From Chloroflexota bacterium (GTDB taxonomy: Bacteria; Chloroflexota; Dehalococcoidia; Lucifugimonadales; Lucifugimonadaceae), in the NCBI GenBank assembly GCA_002719295.1, contig PBHC01000012.1:77930-141929 (forward strand): a stretch of 64,000 nt of DNA, written 5' to 3'. Position numbers and translations under genes: made by a program. Below, in pieces: positions 48,753 to 57,522 of this stretch. Under the pieces are notes generated by a model. It saw nothing but the letters and a program-made list of their open reading frames with translations, was not told the DNA's origin and did not search any database. Each line of letters opens with the position of its first letter. Positions within the stretch are counted from its first letter, which is position 1.

Positions 48753-49943
48753 ATGAAAATTAAATCAATCGAAGCTTTTACAATCGAATTAAAACCCAAT
48801 ATAAAAACTAAACCTAGAGTGCCTAAATCTAATGATCCTTATGACACTAGAGGAATGGTAAGCCCAATGAATAGATATCCAGGTATCCCTAGGTCTGAAT
48901 GGACTGCTAATTGGAAAAGAACGGCATGTATAGTAAAGGGTGAAGATGGAACTTGGGGGTTTGGATTTACCCTATATTCAGGTGTTACTGAGTCAATAAT
49001 AAATGATCACTTGGCTAAAATTTTAGTTGGTAAAGATTGTATGTCTACTGAAATGCTTTGGGATATTATGCAGCAATCAACAATTCCATATGGTACATCT
49101 GGATTATCAAGTTTTGCAATAAGTGCAGTAGATAATGCTATTTGGGATCTTAAGGGTAAAGTTTTAGATAGGCCAGTTTATGAAATTATTGGAGGGCCTC
49201 AAAAGGATAAAATATTTTGTTACGCAAGTAATACTAGTTTTGAATATGGGACTAAAAATAGCATAGAGTGGTTCTTAGAATTAGGATTTAAAGCCGTAAA
49301 ACTCTTTTTAAGAGAAGGGCCAGAGAGTAATCTTGAAGGAATAAACAGAGCTGAAGAGTTAGTTGCTTCAACAAGAGAACAAGTGGGACCTGATGTAGAA
49401 ATAGCTGTTGATGCATGGATGTCCTTAAATAATGAGTATGCTGTTAGGTTAGCAGAAGCATTAAGGCCATACAAAATTAAGTGGATGGAGGATTACTTAA
49501 ATCCAGAAAATCTAGATGGTTATCAAAACTTAAGAAATAGAATACCTTGGCAAACTTTAGCAACTGGAGAACATTGGTATTCATTGTATCCCTTCGCTGT
49601 GGCTGCTAGTAAAGGAATCGTAGATATTTTTCAACCAGACTTGAATTGGGTAGGGGGAATAACAGCAGGAATAAAGATTTGTCACTTAGCAGAAGCGCAT
49701 GGTCTTTCAGTAATTCCTCATGCTAGTACAAACTATCCATATGGACAACATTTGGCTTTTTCTATGCCATCAGTGCCTTGGGCAGAAAGATCAGAAGGAG
49801 TTTCTCCTCCAGGAGTTCCATTAGAAGAAATGGTTTTATTACCTGGAACACCTACAATTAAAGATGGCTATATTATTCCATCAGATGCTCCTGGTTTTGG
49901 GTTAGAAATTACAGAAGACTGGCTTAAGGAAAGAGCGGTTTAG
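48753..49943 (+). CDS. L-rhamnonate dehydratase-like enolase
   Basis: PM..YP, AISAVDNAIWDL, DAWMS, WMED, GEH, QPDLNWVGG, IPH resemble the RhmD subgroup. Confidence 0.8.
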   Translation: MKIKSIEAFTIELKPNIKTKPRVPKSNDPYDTRGMVSPMNRYPGIPRSEWTANWKRTACIVKGEDGTWGFGFTLYSGVTESIINDHLAKILVGKDCMSTEMLWDIMQQSTIPYGTSGLSSFAISAVDNAIWDLKGKVLDRPVYEIIGGPQKDKIFCYASNTSFEYGTKNSIEWFLELGFKAVKLFLREGPESNLEGINRAEELVASTREQVGPDVEIAVDAWMSLNNEYAVRLAEALRPYKIKWMEDYLNPENLDGYQNLRNRIPWQTLATGEHWYSLYPFAVAASKGIVDIFQPDLNWVGGITAGIKICHLAEAHGLSVIPHASTNYPYGQHLAFSMPSVPWAERSEGVSPPGVPLEEMVLLPGTPTIKDGYIIPSDAPGFGLEITEDWLKERAV

Positions 49944-49963
49944 TTAAAATTTAATATTTTTAT

Positions 49964-49992
49964 ATGACATTTCAAAATAATTGATATATTAT
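49964..49992 (+). promoter_or_regulatory. Candidate sigma70 promoter for the aldolase gene
   Basis: ATGACA-17 nt-TATTAT. Confidence 0.35.
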
Positions 49993-50039
49993 ATTTTTCT
50001 AAACAAGGTTTATTACAAATGAAATTATTGGAGAATTAA

Positions 50040-50813
50040 ATGAATAAAGTAAAAGAGAATTTAAAGGCAGGAAAAACAGTAGTAGGCTGTGCAGGATCCC
50101 CTTGGGTAGAAAATATGAGCATATTAGCTGATTCTGATTATGATTTTATATTATATGACACTCAGCATTCACCATTTATGGTAAAAGAATTTATTCCAGC
50201 TATTGCTTCAATGGCGGGGAAAAATGCTTCTCCTATAGTGAGAGTAAGCGCAAATCAACCAGATCTTATATGTTTTGCTTTAGACGCAGGAGCTAGAGGA
50301 ATAGTTGTTCCAATGGTAAATACAAAAGAAGAAGCTGAGGCAATGGTCAGAGCTTGTAAATATGCTCCATTAGGAGATAGAAGTAATGCCGGCCTTAGAG
50401 GTGATTGGGGAGTAGACGTTAAAGAATATTCTACAAAAGAAAAATATAGAGAATATTTAGATATGTATAATGATGAAGTTTTGATTGCTCCTATGATAGA
50501 AACTCAACAAGCTATTGACAACATAGATGAGATTTTAAGTGTAGACGGTATAGATGTATTGCTTATTGGTCCTTCTGATTTATCTATAGAACTTGGAGTT
50601 TCATTAGATTTTGAATCAAGTGAATACGAAAAAGGTTTGGATATAATTGCTGAGGCATGCAAAAGACATGGAGTCGTACCTGGAATGTATTTTATCCCTC
50701 CAACTATGGATCCTAACTTTTTTGTAGATAAAGGATATAAATTTTTCACAATGCCATGGGGTAATTGGGCAACTCAAGGAATTTCTGAAGGATTAAAGTC
50801 AATTAAAAGATAA
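50040..50813 (+). CDS. HpcH/HpaI (RhmA/GarL-like) 2-keto-3-deoxy acid aldolase
   Basis: DTQHS, IVRV, LDAGARGIVVPMV, MIET, IGPSDLS. Confidence 0.88.
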   Translation: MNKVKENLKAGKTVVGCAGSPWVENMSILADSDYDFILYDTQHSPFMVKEFIPAIASMAGKNASPIVRVSANQPDLICFALDAGARGIVVPMVNTKEEAEAMVRACKYAPLGDRSNAGLRGDWGVDVKEYSTKEKYREYLDMYNDEVLIAPMIETQQAIDNIDEILSVDGIDVLLIGPSDLSIELGVSLDFESSEYEKGLDIIAEACKRHGVVPGMYFIPPTMDPNFFVDKGYKFFTMPWGNWATQGISEGLKSIKR

Positions 50814-50821
50814 AAAATAAT

Positions 50822-50929
50822 TTATCTAACATTGTTTTAAGAATTTAGACCAGTATCAGTAGTAATAATCATCAGCTAGATAAGGAATTACTCTATAGAA
50901 TTGAATTCTACGATTAAAAAACCGTAGAA
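50822..50929 (+). promoter_or_regulatory. Candidate structured 5' leader of the DEAD-box helicase
   Basis: Inverted repeats TTATCTA(50822-28)/TAGATAA(50877-83) and TTCTACG(50906-12)/CGTAGAA(50923-29), the latter ending 4 nt before ATG. Confidence 0.4.
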
Positions 50930-50933
50930 AAAT

Positions 50934-52130
50934 ATGACTTCTTTTTTAGATTACAATTTAGCTGATGGTTTAATTAAATCATTAAAATATTTAAAATTTC
51001 ATAAACCGACAGAAATTCAAGAAAAAACTATACCAATTGCTTTAAAGAACAATGACGTACTTGCAAGTGCTGAAACAGGTTCGGGGAAGACTGCTGCATA
51101 CCTGATTCCGTTGATACAAAAAATAACTTCATCACCAAATACTTATGGTTTAATTCTTGTTCCTACTAGAGAATTAGCAAAACAAGTAGCAGATGTTGGA
51201 ATTTCCCTCAAAGGATACAAAAGTAAAATTTTAATAACTCAAGTTGTGGGTGGAGCAAGCTTAAACAATCAGGTTTCTCAATTAAAAAAATCTCCAAAAA
51301 TAATCATAGGAACCCCAGGAAGAATTAACGATCTATTACTTAGGAAATCTTTATCATTGAAAAACTTTAATTTTCTTGTTCTGGATGAAGCGGACAGAAT
51401 GTTGGACATGGGTTTTGAAGACCAAGTTGAGAAAATCTTAAAATATTTACCTAAAAAAAGGCAATCCTTACTTTTTTCAGCAACAATACCAGAGAGAATT
51501 AAAAAACTTTCAACAAAATATTTAAAATCACCTCATAGAGTAGAAGTTAAAGAAAATAATGTTATAAAAACTCAAATTACTCAAAAAATCATACAAACCA
51601 CACAAGAAAAAAAATATGATGAATTACTTGATGAAATAACAGAAAGACGCGGTTCAATTTTAATTTTTGTAAGGACAAAATACTTAACTGAAAAATTAAA
51701 GAAGAGGTTGAAACAAGATACAGTCAAAAGTTTGGCTCTTCATGGAGATCTAAGACAAAACAGAAGAAATAGAGTGATAGATGATTTTAAAAAATCTAAA
51801 TATAGAATACTTATTGCTACTGATATTGCTTCAAGAGGCTTAGATATTCCTCATATTGAACACGTAATAAACTATGATATGCCTCAAGTTCCTGAAGACT
51901 ATATTCACAGAATAGGTAGAACAGCAAGAGCTGGTTCAATTGGAGAAGCTGTCAGTTTTATTTCTCCTAGAGATGCAAAAATGTGGAAAATAATAGAGAA
52001 GCTTTTGGATAAAACCAAAAATCCTGACAAGAAATTTACCGAAGAAAAAATCGAAAAAAAACCAAAAGAAAATAGATTTAAAAAGCGAAGAAGAAATTCC
52101 AGAAAATACTATCAAAGATCTAAAAAATAA
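50934..52130 (+). CDS. DEAD-box RNA helicase
   Basis: Q motif, AETGSGKT, PTRELA, TPGR, DEAD, SAT, HRIGRTAR; basic C-tail. Confidence 0.95.
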   Translation: MTSFLDYNLADGLIKSLKYLKFHKPTEIQEKTIPIALKNNDVLASAETGSGKTAAYLIPLIQKITSSPNTYGLILVPTRELAKQVADVGISLKGYKSKILITQVVGGASLNNQVSQLKKSPKIIIGTPGRINDLLLRKSLSLKNFNFLVLDEADRMLDMGFEDQVEKILKYLPKKRQSLLFSATIPERIKKLSTKYLKSPHRVEVKENNVIKTQITQKIIQTTQEKKYDELLDEITERRGSILIFVRTKYLTEKLKKRLKQDTVKSLALHGDLRQNRRNRVIDDFKKSKYRILIATDIASRGLDIPHIEHVINYDMPQVPEDYIHRIGRTARAGSIGEAVSFISPRDAKMWKIIEKLLDKTKNPDKKFTEEKIEKKPKENRFKKRRRNSRKYYQRSKK

Positions 52131-52203
52131 GTCTGTTACCAACTTTTCCTGATTTATTACCCAATTGTTTAAGTGAGATTTTTTTAATTTGAACTCAGAA
52201 GTT

Positions 52204-52280
52204 TGGTACCCCGTACCGGATTTGAACCGGTGATCTCCTGCGTGAAAGGCAGGCGTGTTAGGCCACTACACCAACGGGGC
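52204..52280 (-). tRNA. tRNA-Glu (anticodon TTC), CCA encoded
   Basis: GCCCCGT-TG-GTGTAGTGGCCTAACAC-G-CCTGC-CTTTCAC-GCAGG-AGATC-ACCGG-TTCAAAT-CCGGT-ACGGGGT-ACCA folds as a 77-nt cloverleaf. Confidence 0.96.
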
Positions 52281-52283
52281 ATA

Positions 52284-53300
52284 TTAAGGGTAAATAGGCA
52301 AAGCTCCTATACCCATTGTTTCTTCAAAACCTTGCATTAAGTTCATGTTTTGAATAGCGGCACCTGCAGAACCTTTTACAAGATTATCCAAAGCGCTAAT
52401 AACAACCAAAGTGTTTGTATCTTCCCTTACATAAGGATATAAGTATACAAAATTTGATCCCCAAGTATGCTTTGTTGCAGGAGGTGCATCTACTATTTTA
52501 ATGAAAGGTTCGTTTTTGTAAAATTCTTTATATAGGTCAACAACGTCTTTTTCTTTGATTTCTTTTTTTAAAGTTGCGTAATTGGTACCTAAAATACCTC
52601 TTGTCATTGATACTAAGTGAGGCGTAAATAATACTTTGATTTTATTATTAGATAAAAAATTCAGCTCTTGTGCCATTTCAGGTTGATGTCTATGACCTTT
52701 AGTTCCATAAGCTGCACAATTATCATTTAATTCTGAAAATCCAAAAGCTTCTTTTGAAGTTCTTCCTGCTCCTGATATTCCTGTTTTTGAGTCAATAATT
52801 ATCAATTCTTCTATTAAATTATTACTAACTGCAGGAGACATAGATAATATTCCTCCAGTTGGAAAGCAACCTGGGTTTGCTACTAATTTACTTGCTTTAA
52901 TTTCTTTTCTGTGTAGTTCAGGAAGACCATATGTTGATTGTTCTATCAACTCAGGTCTTGGATGAGTGATATCATACCAATTTTCATAAGTAGATAAATC
53001 TTTTAGTCTAAAATCTGCTGATATATCAATAGCAGGAATTCCACTATCTACATATTGAGACAGTTTTTCAGCACTTGCTGCGTGTGGTAAAGCTGAAAAA
53101 ACAAAATCTATGTTATCTGATAATTCTTCTTGAATTTTTATATTAGTTTTTTCCAAATGAGGAAAAACTTCATTTAAATTTAAACCTGCTTTACTTCTTC
53201 CTGTTGCAGATGCAAGATGTAATTCTGGATGTGAGTAAACGAGCCTAGCAATCTCTGCTCCAGCATATCCAGTTATATTTATAATCCCGACGTTTAACAT
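52284..53300 (-). CDS. argC: N-acetyl-gamma-glutamyl-phosphate reductase
   Basis: TGYAG, ALPH, SADFRL, YGLPE, ANPGCFPT, SGAGR, DNLVKGSAG. Confidence 0.96.
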   Translation of the reverse strand: MLNVGIINITGYAGAEIARLVYSHPELHLASATGRSKAGLNLNEVFPHLEKTNIKIQEELSDNIDFVFSALPHAASAEKLSQYVDSGIPAIDISADFRLKDLSTYENWYDITHPRPELIEQSTYGLPELHRKEIKASKLVANPGCFPTGGILSMSPAVSNNLIEELIIIDSKTGISGAGRTSKEAFGFSELNDNCAAYGTKGHRHQPEMAQELNFLSNNKIKVLFTPHLVSMTRGILGTNYATLKKEIKEKDVVDLYKEFYKNEPFIKIVDAPPATKHTWGSNFVYLYPYVREDTNTLVVISALDNLVKGSAGAAIQNMNLMQGFEETMGIGALPIYP

Positions 53301-53383
53301 AGCAATAAATAATTTATAAAATTTAATTTTATCTTAAATTTTAAAAGTTTAGATGAATGGTTTTATTCAACTTGCATTTATTA

Positions 53384-54037
53384 CTAGGCTTTGTTTACTT
53401 TGAATGGGTTTTTTCTATTAGGAAAGCAAGTCCTACAAATTTCACATATAGTTCCATCGCATCCTCTAGCTGTACAATTGGACCTTCCGTAATAAATAAA
53501 TTGCAAATGTAATTTATTCCAGCTTTCTTTTGGGAATAATCTTTTTAAGTCTGTTTCGGTTTTATTTACATTTTGCCCATTGGTTAATCCCCATCTTTGA
53601 GAAAGACGATGAATATGAGTGTCTACAGGGAATGCTGGATGTCCAAATCCTTGAGACATTACTACGCTTGCTGTTTTATGTCCTACTCCAGGTAAACTTT
53701 CTAAATCCTTGAAGTTTTCAGGAACAATAGAATTGAATTTATTCACTATTATTTTTGATAAATTAGAGATGTTAGAAGATTTTTGAGGAGCCAAACCGCA
53801 CGACTTAATTATATTTTCTATTTTTGATGGATGTATTTTCATCATTTTGACAGGAGTATTTGCTAAATCAAACAATTCTGGAGTAACTTTATTTACTCTT
53901 TCATCAGTACATTGAGCACTTAACAATACTGCTATTAGTAACTCAAATATATTATGATGCGATAAAGGGATAGGAGTTTCGGGATACATCTCATTGAGTT
54001 TTTTGAGAATGTAGTTTGCTCTTTCTTTTTTTAACAA
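53384..54037 (-). CDS. nth: Endonuclease III
   Basis: LLSAQCTD, HhH LPGVGHKTA, VDTH; variant C-terminal Cys cluster. Confidence 0.93.
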   Translation of the reverse strand: MLKKERANYILKKLNEMYPETPIPLSHHNIFELLIAVLLSAQCTDERVNKVTPELFDLANTPVKMMKIHPSKIENIIKSCGLAPQKSSNISNLSKIIVNKFNSIVPENFKDLESLPGVGHKTASVVMSQGFGHPAFPVDTHIHRLSQRWGLTNGQNVNKTETDLKRLFPKESWNKLHLQFIYYGRSNCTARGCDGTICEICRTCFPNRKNPFKVNKA

Positions 54038-54048
54038 TTTTTTCCCTT

Positions 54049-55041
54049 TTATTTATCTCTTTTCATTGAGTAATAAGCTAAATCTTCTAGTGATTCAGTA
54101 TAAACATTATTTTTTTCAATCGATTTTATGTCTTTAATAGATGATTCAATTAGATTAGAAGCTTTCTTTTTTGATTCCTCAACATGACCAGCTTTTTTGA
54201 TAGTATTTACTATTTCCTTTGCTGATATTTCTTTGTCTTTTTTTGGTAAATTGAATAATTCTTCTATGTCTTTTTTTATATTTTTATCTTTTTCTCTAGC
54301 TATTATGGAAGGATAAGTCATTATTCCATTTTTCAAATCACTTCCAACAGGTTTGCCCAATTGATTTTCTTCTCCCTCAAAATCTAGCACATCGTCAAAT
54401 ATTTGAAAACCTAATCCTAAGTTTCTACCATATGAATATAAATTTTGAATATTTTTTTCATTTGCTCCTCCCAGAAGCGCTCCGCTCATAGATGAAGTAG
54501 CAAATAAAGAAGCTGTTTTTTTGAAAATTACATCTAAGTAATCCTTTAAATCAATATTTACATCGTTACTGTTTTCTATTTCTTTCAGTTCTCCTTTAGC
54601 CAAATCAGAAATAGTAGAAGCAAATTGTTTAATTAACCTTATAGAGCCAGTATCACATACATATTCTGCACTAGTTGCAAAAAGAAAATCTCCAACCAAA
54701 ACGGCTATATGAGGTCCCCAAATATTAGAAGCAGTCTTTTCGCCTCTTCTGGTATCAGCGAAATCAACAGTATCGTCATGAACTAAAGTGGCTATATGCA
54801 ACAATTCAACAGCAGTAGCCATTTTTATCACTTTATCATCTACTTCTTTATTCCATATTTTTGAGCAAATAATTGTTAATGAAGGTCTTAGCTGCTTTCC
54901 AGGGATACTCAATACGTGATTTATAATATTTTCATTTAGATTAGATTCTGAATTATGCTGTTCGGAGATATTATTTAGTTCTAGCATAACCATTAATAAT
55001 TCATCGTTTACTAAACTAGATAGTTCTTTTTTATCCTTCAT
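54049..55041 (-). CDS. Polyprenyl diphosphate synthase
   Basis: GKQLRP, LVHDDTVD..RRG, KTA, FQIFDDVLD, GKP.GSD. Confidence 0.93.
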   Translation of the reverse strand: MKDKKELSSLVNDELLMVMLELNNISEQHNSESNLNENIINHVLSIPGKQLRPSLTIICSKIWNKEVDDKVIKMATAVELLHIATLVHDDTVDFADTRRGEKTASNIWGPHIAVLVGDFLFATSAEYVCDTGSIRLIKQFASTISDLAKGELKEIENSNDVNIDLKDYLDVIFKKTASLFATSSMSGALLGGANEKNIQNLYSYGRNLGLGFQIFDDVLDFEGEENQLGKPVGSDLKNGIMTYPSIIAREKDKNIKKDIEELFNLPKKDKEISAKEIVNTIKKAGHVEESKKKASNLIESSIKDIKSIEKNNVYTESLEDLAYYSMKRDK

Positions 55042-56701
55042 TCAAAGATTTCCTATTCTCCATTAGTACTATTTCTTCGTCAAGCTTTGTAAACAAAGGC
55101 ATTGGCTTTTCGAAGGTTTCTCCAGGTTTTGGCAAGATTAGATTCCATTCATTTATTTGTTTTCCAAAAAGAATTTTCTGTAATTTTTGAGCTGAATTTG
55201 GAAGGAAAGGTTCTAAAATTGAACTAAGCGCATGAATGATTATGATTGATTGGCCTAAAATTTCTCCTGCTTCATCCTTATTTTCCTTCATTTTTTTCCA
55301 AGGCTCATTTTTATCAAGAAATTGATTCCCATATTTTGATAATGCCATTAATTTGTTTAGGCTTTCTCTAAATTTTCTTTTAGATATAGATTTTCCAACT
55401 TCTAAAATAGATTCATTGCACTTACTAATAATTTCTTTTGAAATTTTTGAATTAGGGTCAAAATGAGGTATTTTTCCATCATAATTTTTATGAGCCATTG
55501 TTAAAATTCTATGAATAAAATTGCCTAGATTTGCGACTAGCTCATTATTATTTGAGCTCAAGTAACCTTCCCATGTGAAATCTGAATCAGATGCCTCAGG
55601 CATAATTGAAGTAAGGTAATATCGAAGTGAATCTGCGGAGTATTTTTCTAAAAAATCAGGTAGCCAAACAGCCCAATTTTTACTTTTTGAAAATTCTTTT
55701 CCAGAAAAGTTTAAGTATTCGTTTGCAACCACTTCTGTAGGAAGATTTTTCCCTTCAATGCCAAGTAAAATAGCAGGTAATATAATCGAGTGAAAAGGAA
55801 TATTATCTTTCCCTTGAAAGTAATATGATTCTGATTTCTCATTTTCCCAAAATTCTTTCCATTGATCAGGATTATTTGAATCCTTAAAAAGTTCAACAGT
55901 TGCTGAAATATATCCTATTACAGCTTCAAACCATACATATATTTTTTTTTCTTCCCATCCATCAACAGGTATGTCTATTCCCCAAGATAAGTCTCTTGTT
56001 ATTGCTCTGTCTTTTAAACCTTCTTTAATAAATGAAAGGCTTTGATTTTTAACATTTTGTCTCCAGTCATTTTTTGACTTTAACCAATTCTTTATTTCTT
56101 TTTCCATTTCACTTAATTTTAGAAAGAAATGAGAAGTATTCCTAAATTCTGGTACTGATCCGTCTCTTTTAGATCTAATATTGCCTAGATCAGAAGGATC
56201 TAATGTTCTTCCGCAAACATCACATTGATCTCCTCTAGCTTTATCATTGTTACCACAAGGACATTCTCCTTCTACTAGACGGTCACTTAAGAATATATTT
56301 TCTGTAACTGAATAAGGCATAAGTTGTTCTCTTATTTCGAGAAAGTTTTTTTCAAGTAGAGTTTGAAAAATTTCTTGAACGATTATTCTATGATTTTCTG
56401 TATGAGTATGGGTGTAAAGATCATATTGAAAATTCATTTGATCTAGAGATTTTGACCAAATATCATGATATTTTTTAGAAATTTCCTCAGGAGTTACTCC
56501 TAAATCATTTGCTAGTAAAGTAACAGGAGTCCCGTGCATATCTGAACCTGATACCATTGCTACATTATTTCCTATAAGCCGGTTATATCTTCCAAATATA
56601 TCTGCAGGGATACTCATCCCAGCGATATGTCCTAAATGAGGAGGACCATTAACATAAGGCCAAGCAACGCAAACTAGTATATTTTTAGGTTTTGTTTCCA
56701 T
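55031..56701 (-). CDS. metG: Methionine--tRNA ligase (short form)
   Basis: PYVNG..HLGH, Zn knuckle CPC/CDVC, YVWFEA, GKDNIPFH, FSKS. Confidence 0.96.
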   Translation of the reverse strand: METKPKNILVCVAWPYVNGPPHLGHIAGMSIPADIFGRYNRLIGNNVAMVSGSDMHGTPVTLLANDLGVTPEEISKKYHDIWSKSLDQMNFQYDLYTHTHTENHRIIVQEIFQTLLEKNFLEIREQLMPYSVTENIFLSDRLVEGECPCGNNDKARGDQCDVCGRTLDPSDLGNIRSKRDGSVPEFRNTSHFFLKLSEMEKEIKNWLKSKNDWRQNVKNQSLSFIKEGLKDRAITRDLSWGIDIPVDGWEEKKIYVWFEAVIGYISATVELFKDSNNPDQWKEFWENEKSESYYFQGKDNIPFHSIILPAILLGIEGKNLPTEVVANEYLNFSGKEFSKSKNWAVWLPDFLEKYSADSLRYYLTSIMPEASDSDFTWEGYLSSNNNELVANLGNFIHRILTMAHKNYDGKIPHFDPNSKISKEIISKCNESILEVGKSISKRKFRESLNKLMALSKYGNQFLDKNEPWKKMKENKDEAGEILGQSIIIIHALSSILEPFLPNSAQKLQKILFGKQINEWNLILPKPGETFEKPMPLFTKLDEEIVLMENRKSLNEG

Positions 56702-57521
56702 TTTTTCTTTTTATTTCCAACCATCTTTCATATAGAAAACTTTTATTTGTTCCACTTAAATCTGAAATCAGGTTTAATAAATTTTTGCCTTTTATGCCTT
56801 TTTCGTAACCTTCCATTAAAATTTTATCGTATTTCTCAATTAAAGATTTAGAATAGATAATTTTTTCGTGATTAAAAATAATTACAAATTCTCCTTTTTC
56901 ATTACTAAACTTATTAATAGCTTCATTTATTTCACCATAAAATATTGTTTCATAAATTTTTGTTAATTCTTTTCCTATAAAAATATTTTCTATATCAAAT
57001 TCATCTTTTAGAAATTTTAAAGTTGCTTTGATTCTTCTTGGTGATTCAAAAATAATCACAGGTAAATTAGTTTCATTGGATTTTGATAATAAATGTATCT
57101 TTTGCGAATTACTTTTTGGCAAAAAACCTAAAAATGTAAACCCTTTGGATTCTATGCCTGAAACAGAAAAAGCAGAAGTCAATGAAGATACTCCAGGAAT
57201 TGTTATTATATTGTGATTGTTTTTTCTTGCTAGAGATACGAATTCTCCCCCTGGATCTGAAATACCTGGCATCCCTGCATCAGAAATAAATGCAATGTCA
57301 TTTTGATTTAATAATTCTAAGAAATAGTCGGAATTTAATTTTTTATTTCGTTTGTAGATCGATACCAGTTTACTATCTACATCATATTTATTAAGGAGTT
57401 TTTTACTAACCCTGGTGTCTTCTGTAAAAATAAAATCCACTTCCTTGAAAATCTTTAAGGCTCTAAATGTTAAATCTTCTAAGTTGCCAATAGGAGTTCC
57501 TACAATATAAAGTTTTGACAA
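56685..57521 (-). CDS. rsmI: 16S rRNA (cytidine1402-2'-O)-methyltransferase
   Basis: LYIVGTPIGNLED, EDTR, SDAGMPGISDPG, FESPRR, KELTK, KGE. Confidence 0.95.
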   Translation of the reverse strand: MSKLYIVGTPIGNLEDLTFRALKIFKEVDFIFTEDTRVSKKLLNKYDVDSKLVSIYKRNKKLNSDYFLELLNQNDIAFISDAGMPGISDPGGEFVSLARKNNHNIITIPGVSSLTSAFSVSGIESKGFTFLGFLPKSNSQKIHLLSKSNETNLPVIIFESPRRIKATLKFLKDEFDIENIFIGKELTKIYETIFYGEINEAINKFSNEKGEFVIIFNHEKIIYSKSLIEKYDKILMEGYEKGIKGKNLLNLISDLSGTNKSFLYERWLEIKRKNGNKT

Positions 57522-57522
57522 G

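Noticed and set aside
50934..52280. Possible integrative island at the tRNA-Glu 3' end
   Set aside because: No integrase, and by eye no duplicated tRNA 3' fragment or compositional shift
53354..53369. TGAAT-N6-ATTCA inverted repeat upstream of argC as an ArgR box
   Set aside because: Canonical ARG boxes have a 4-nt centre and occur in tandem; spacing does not fit, and it may be a chance or terminator-like hairpin
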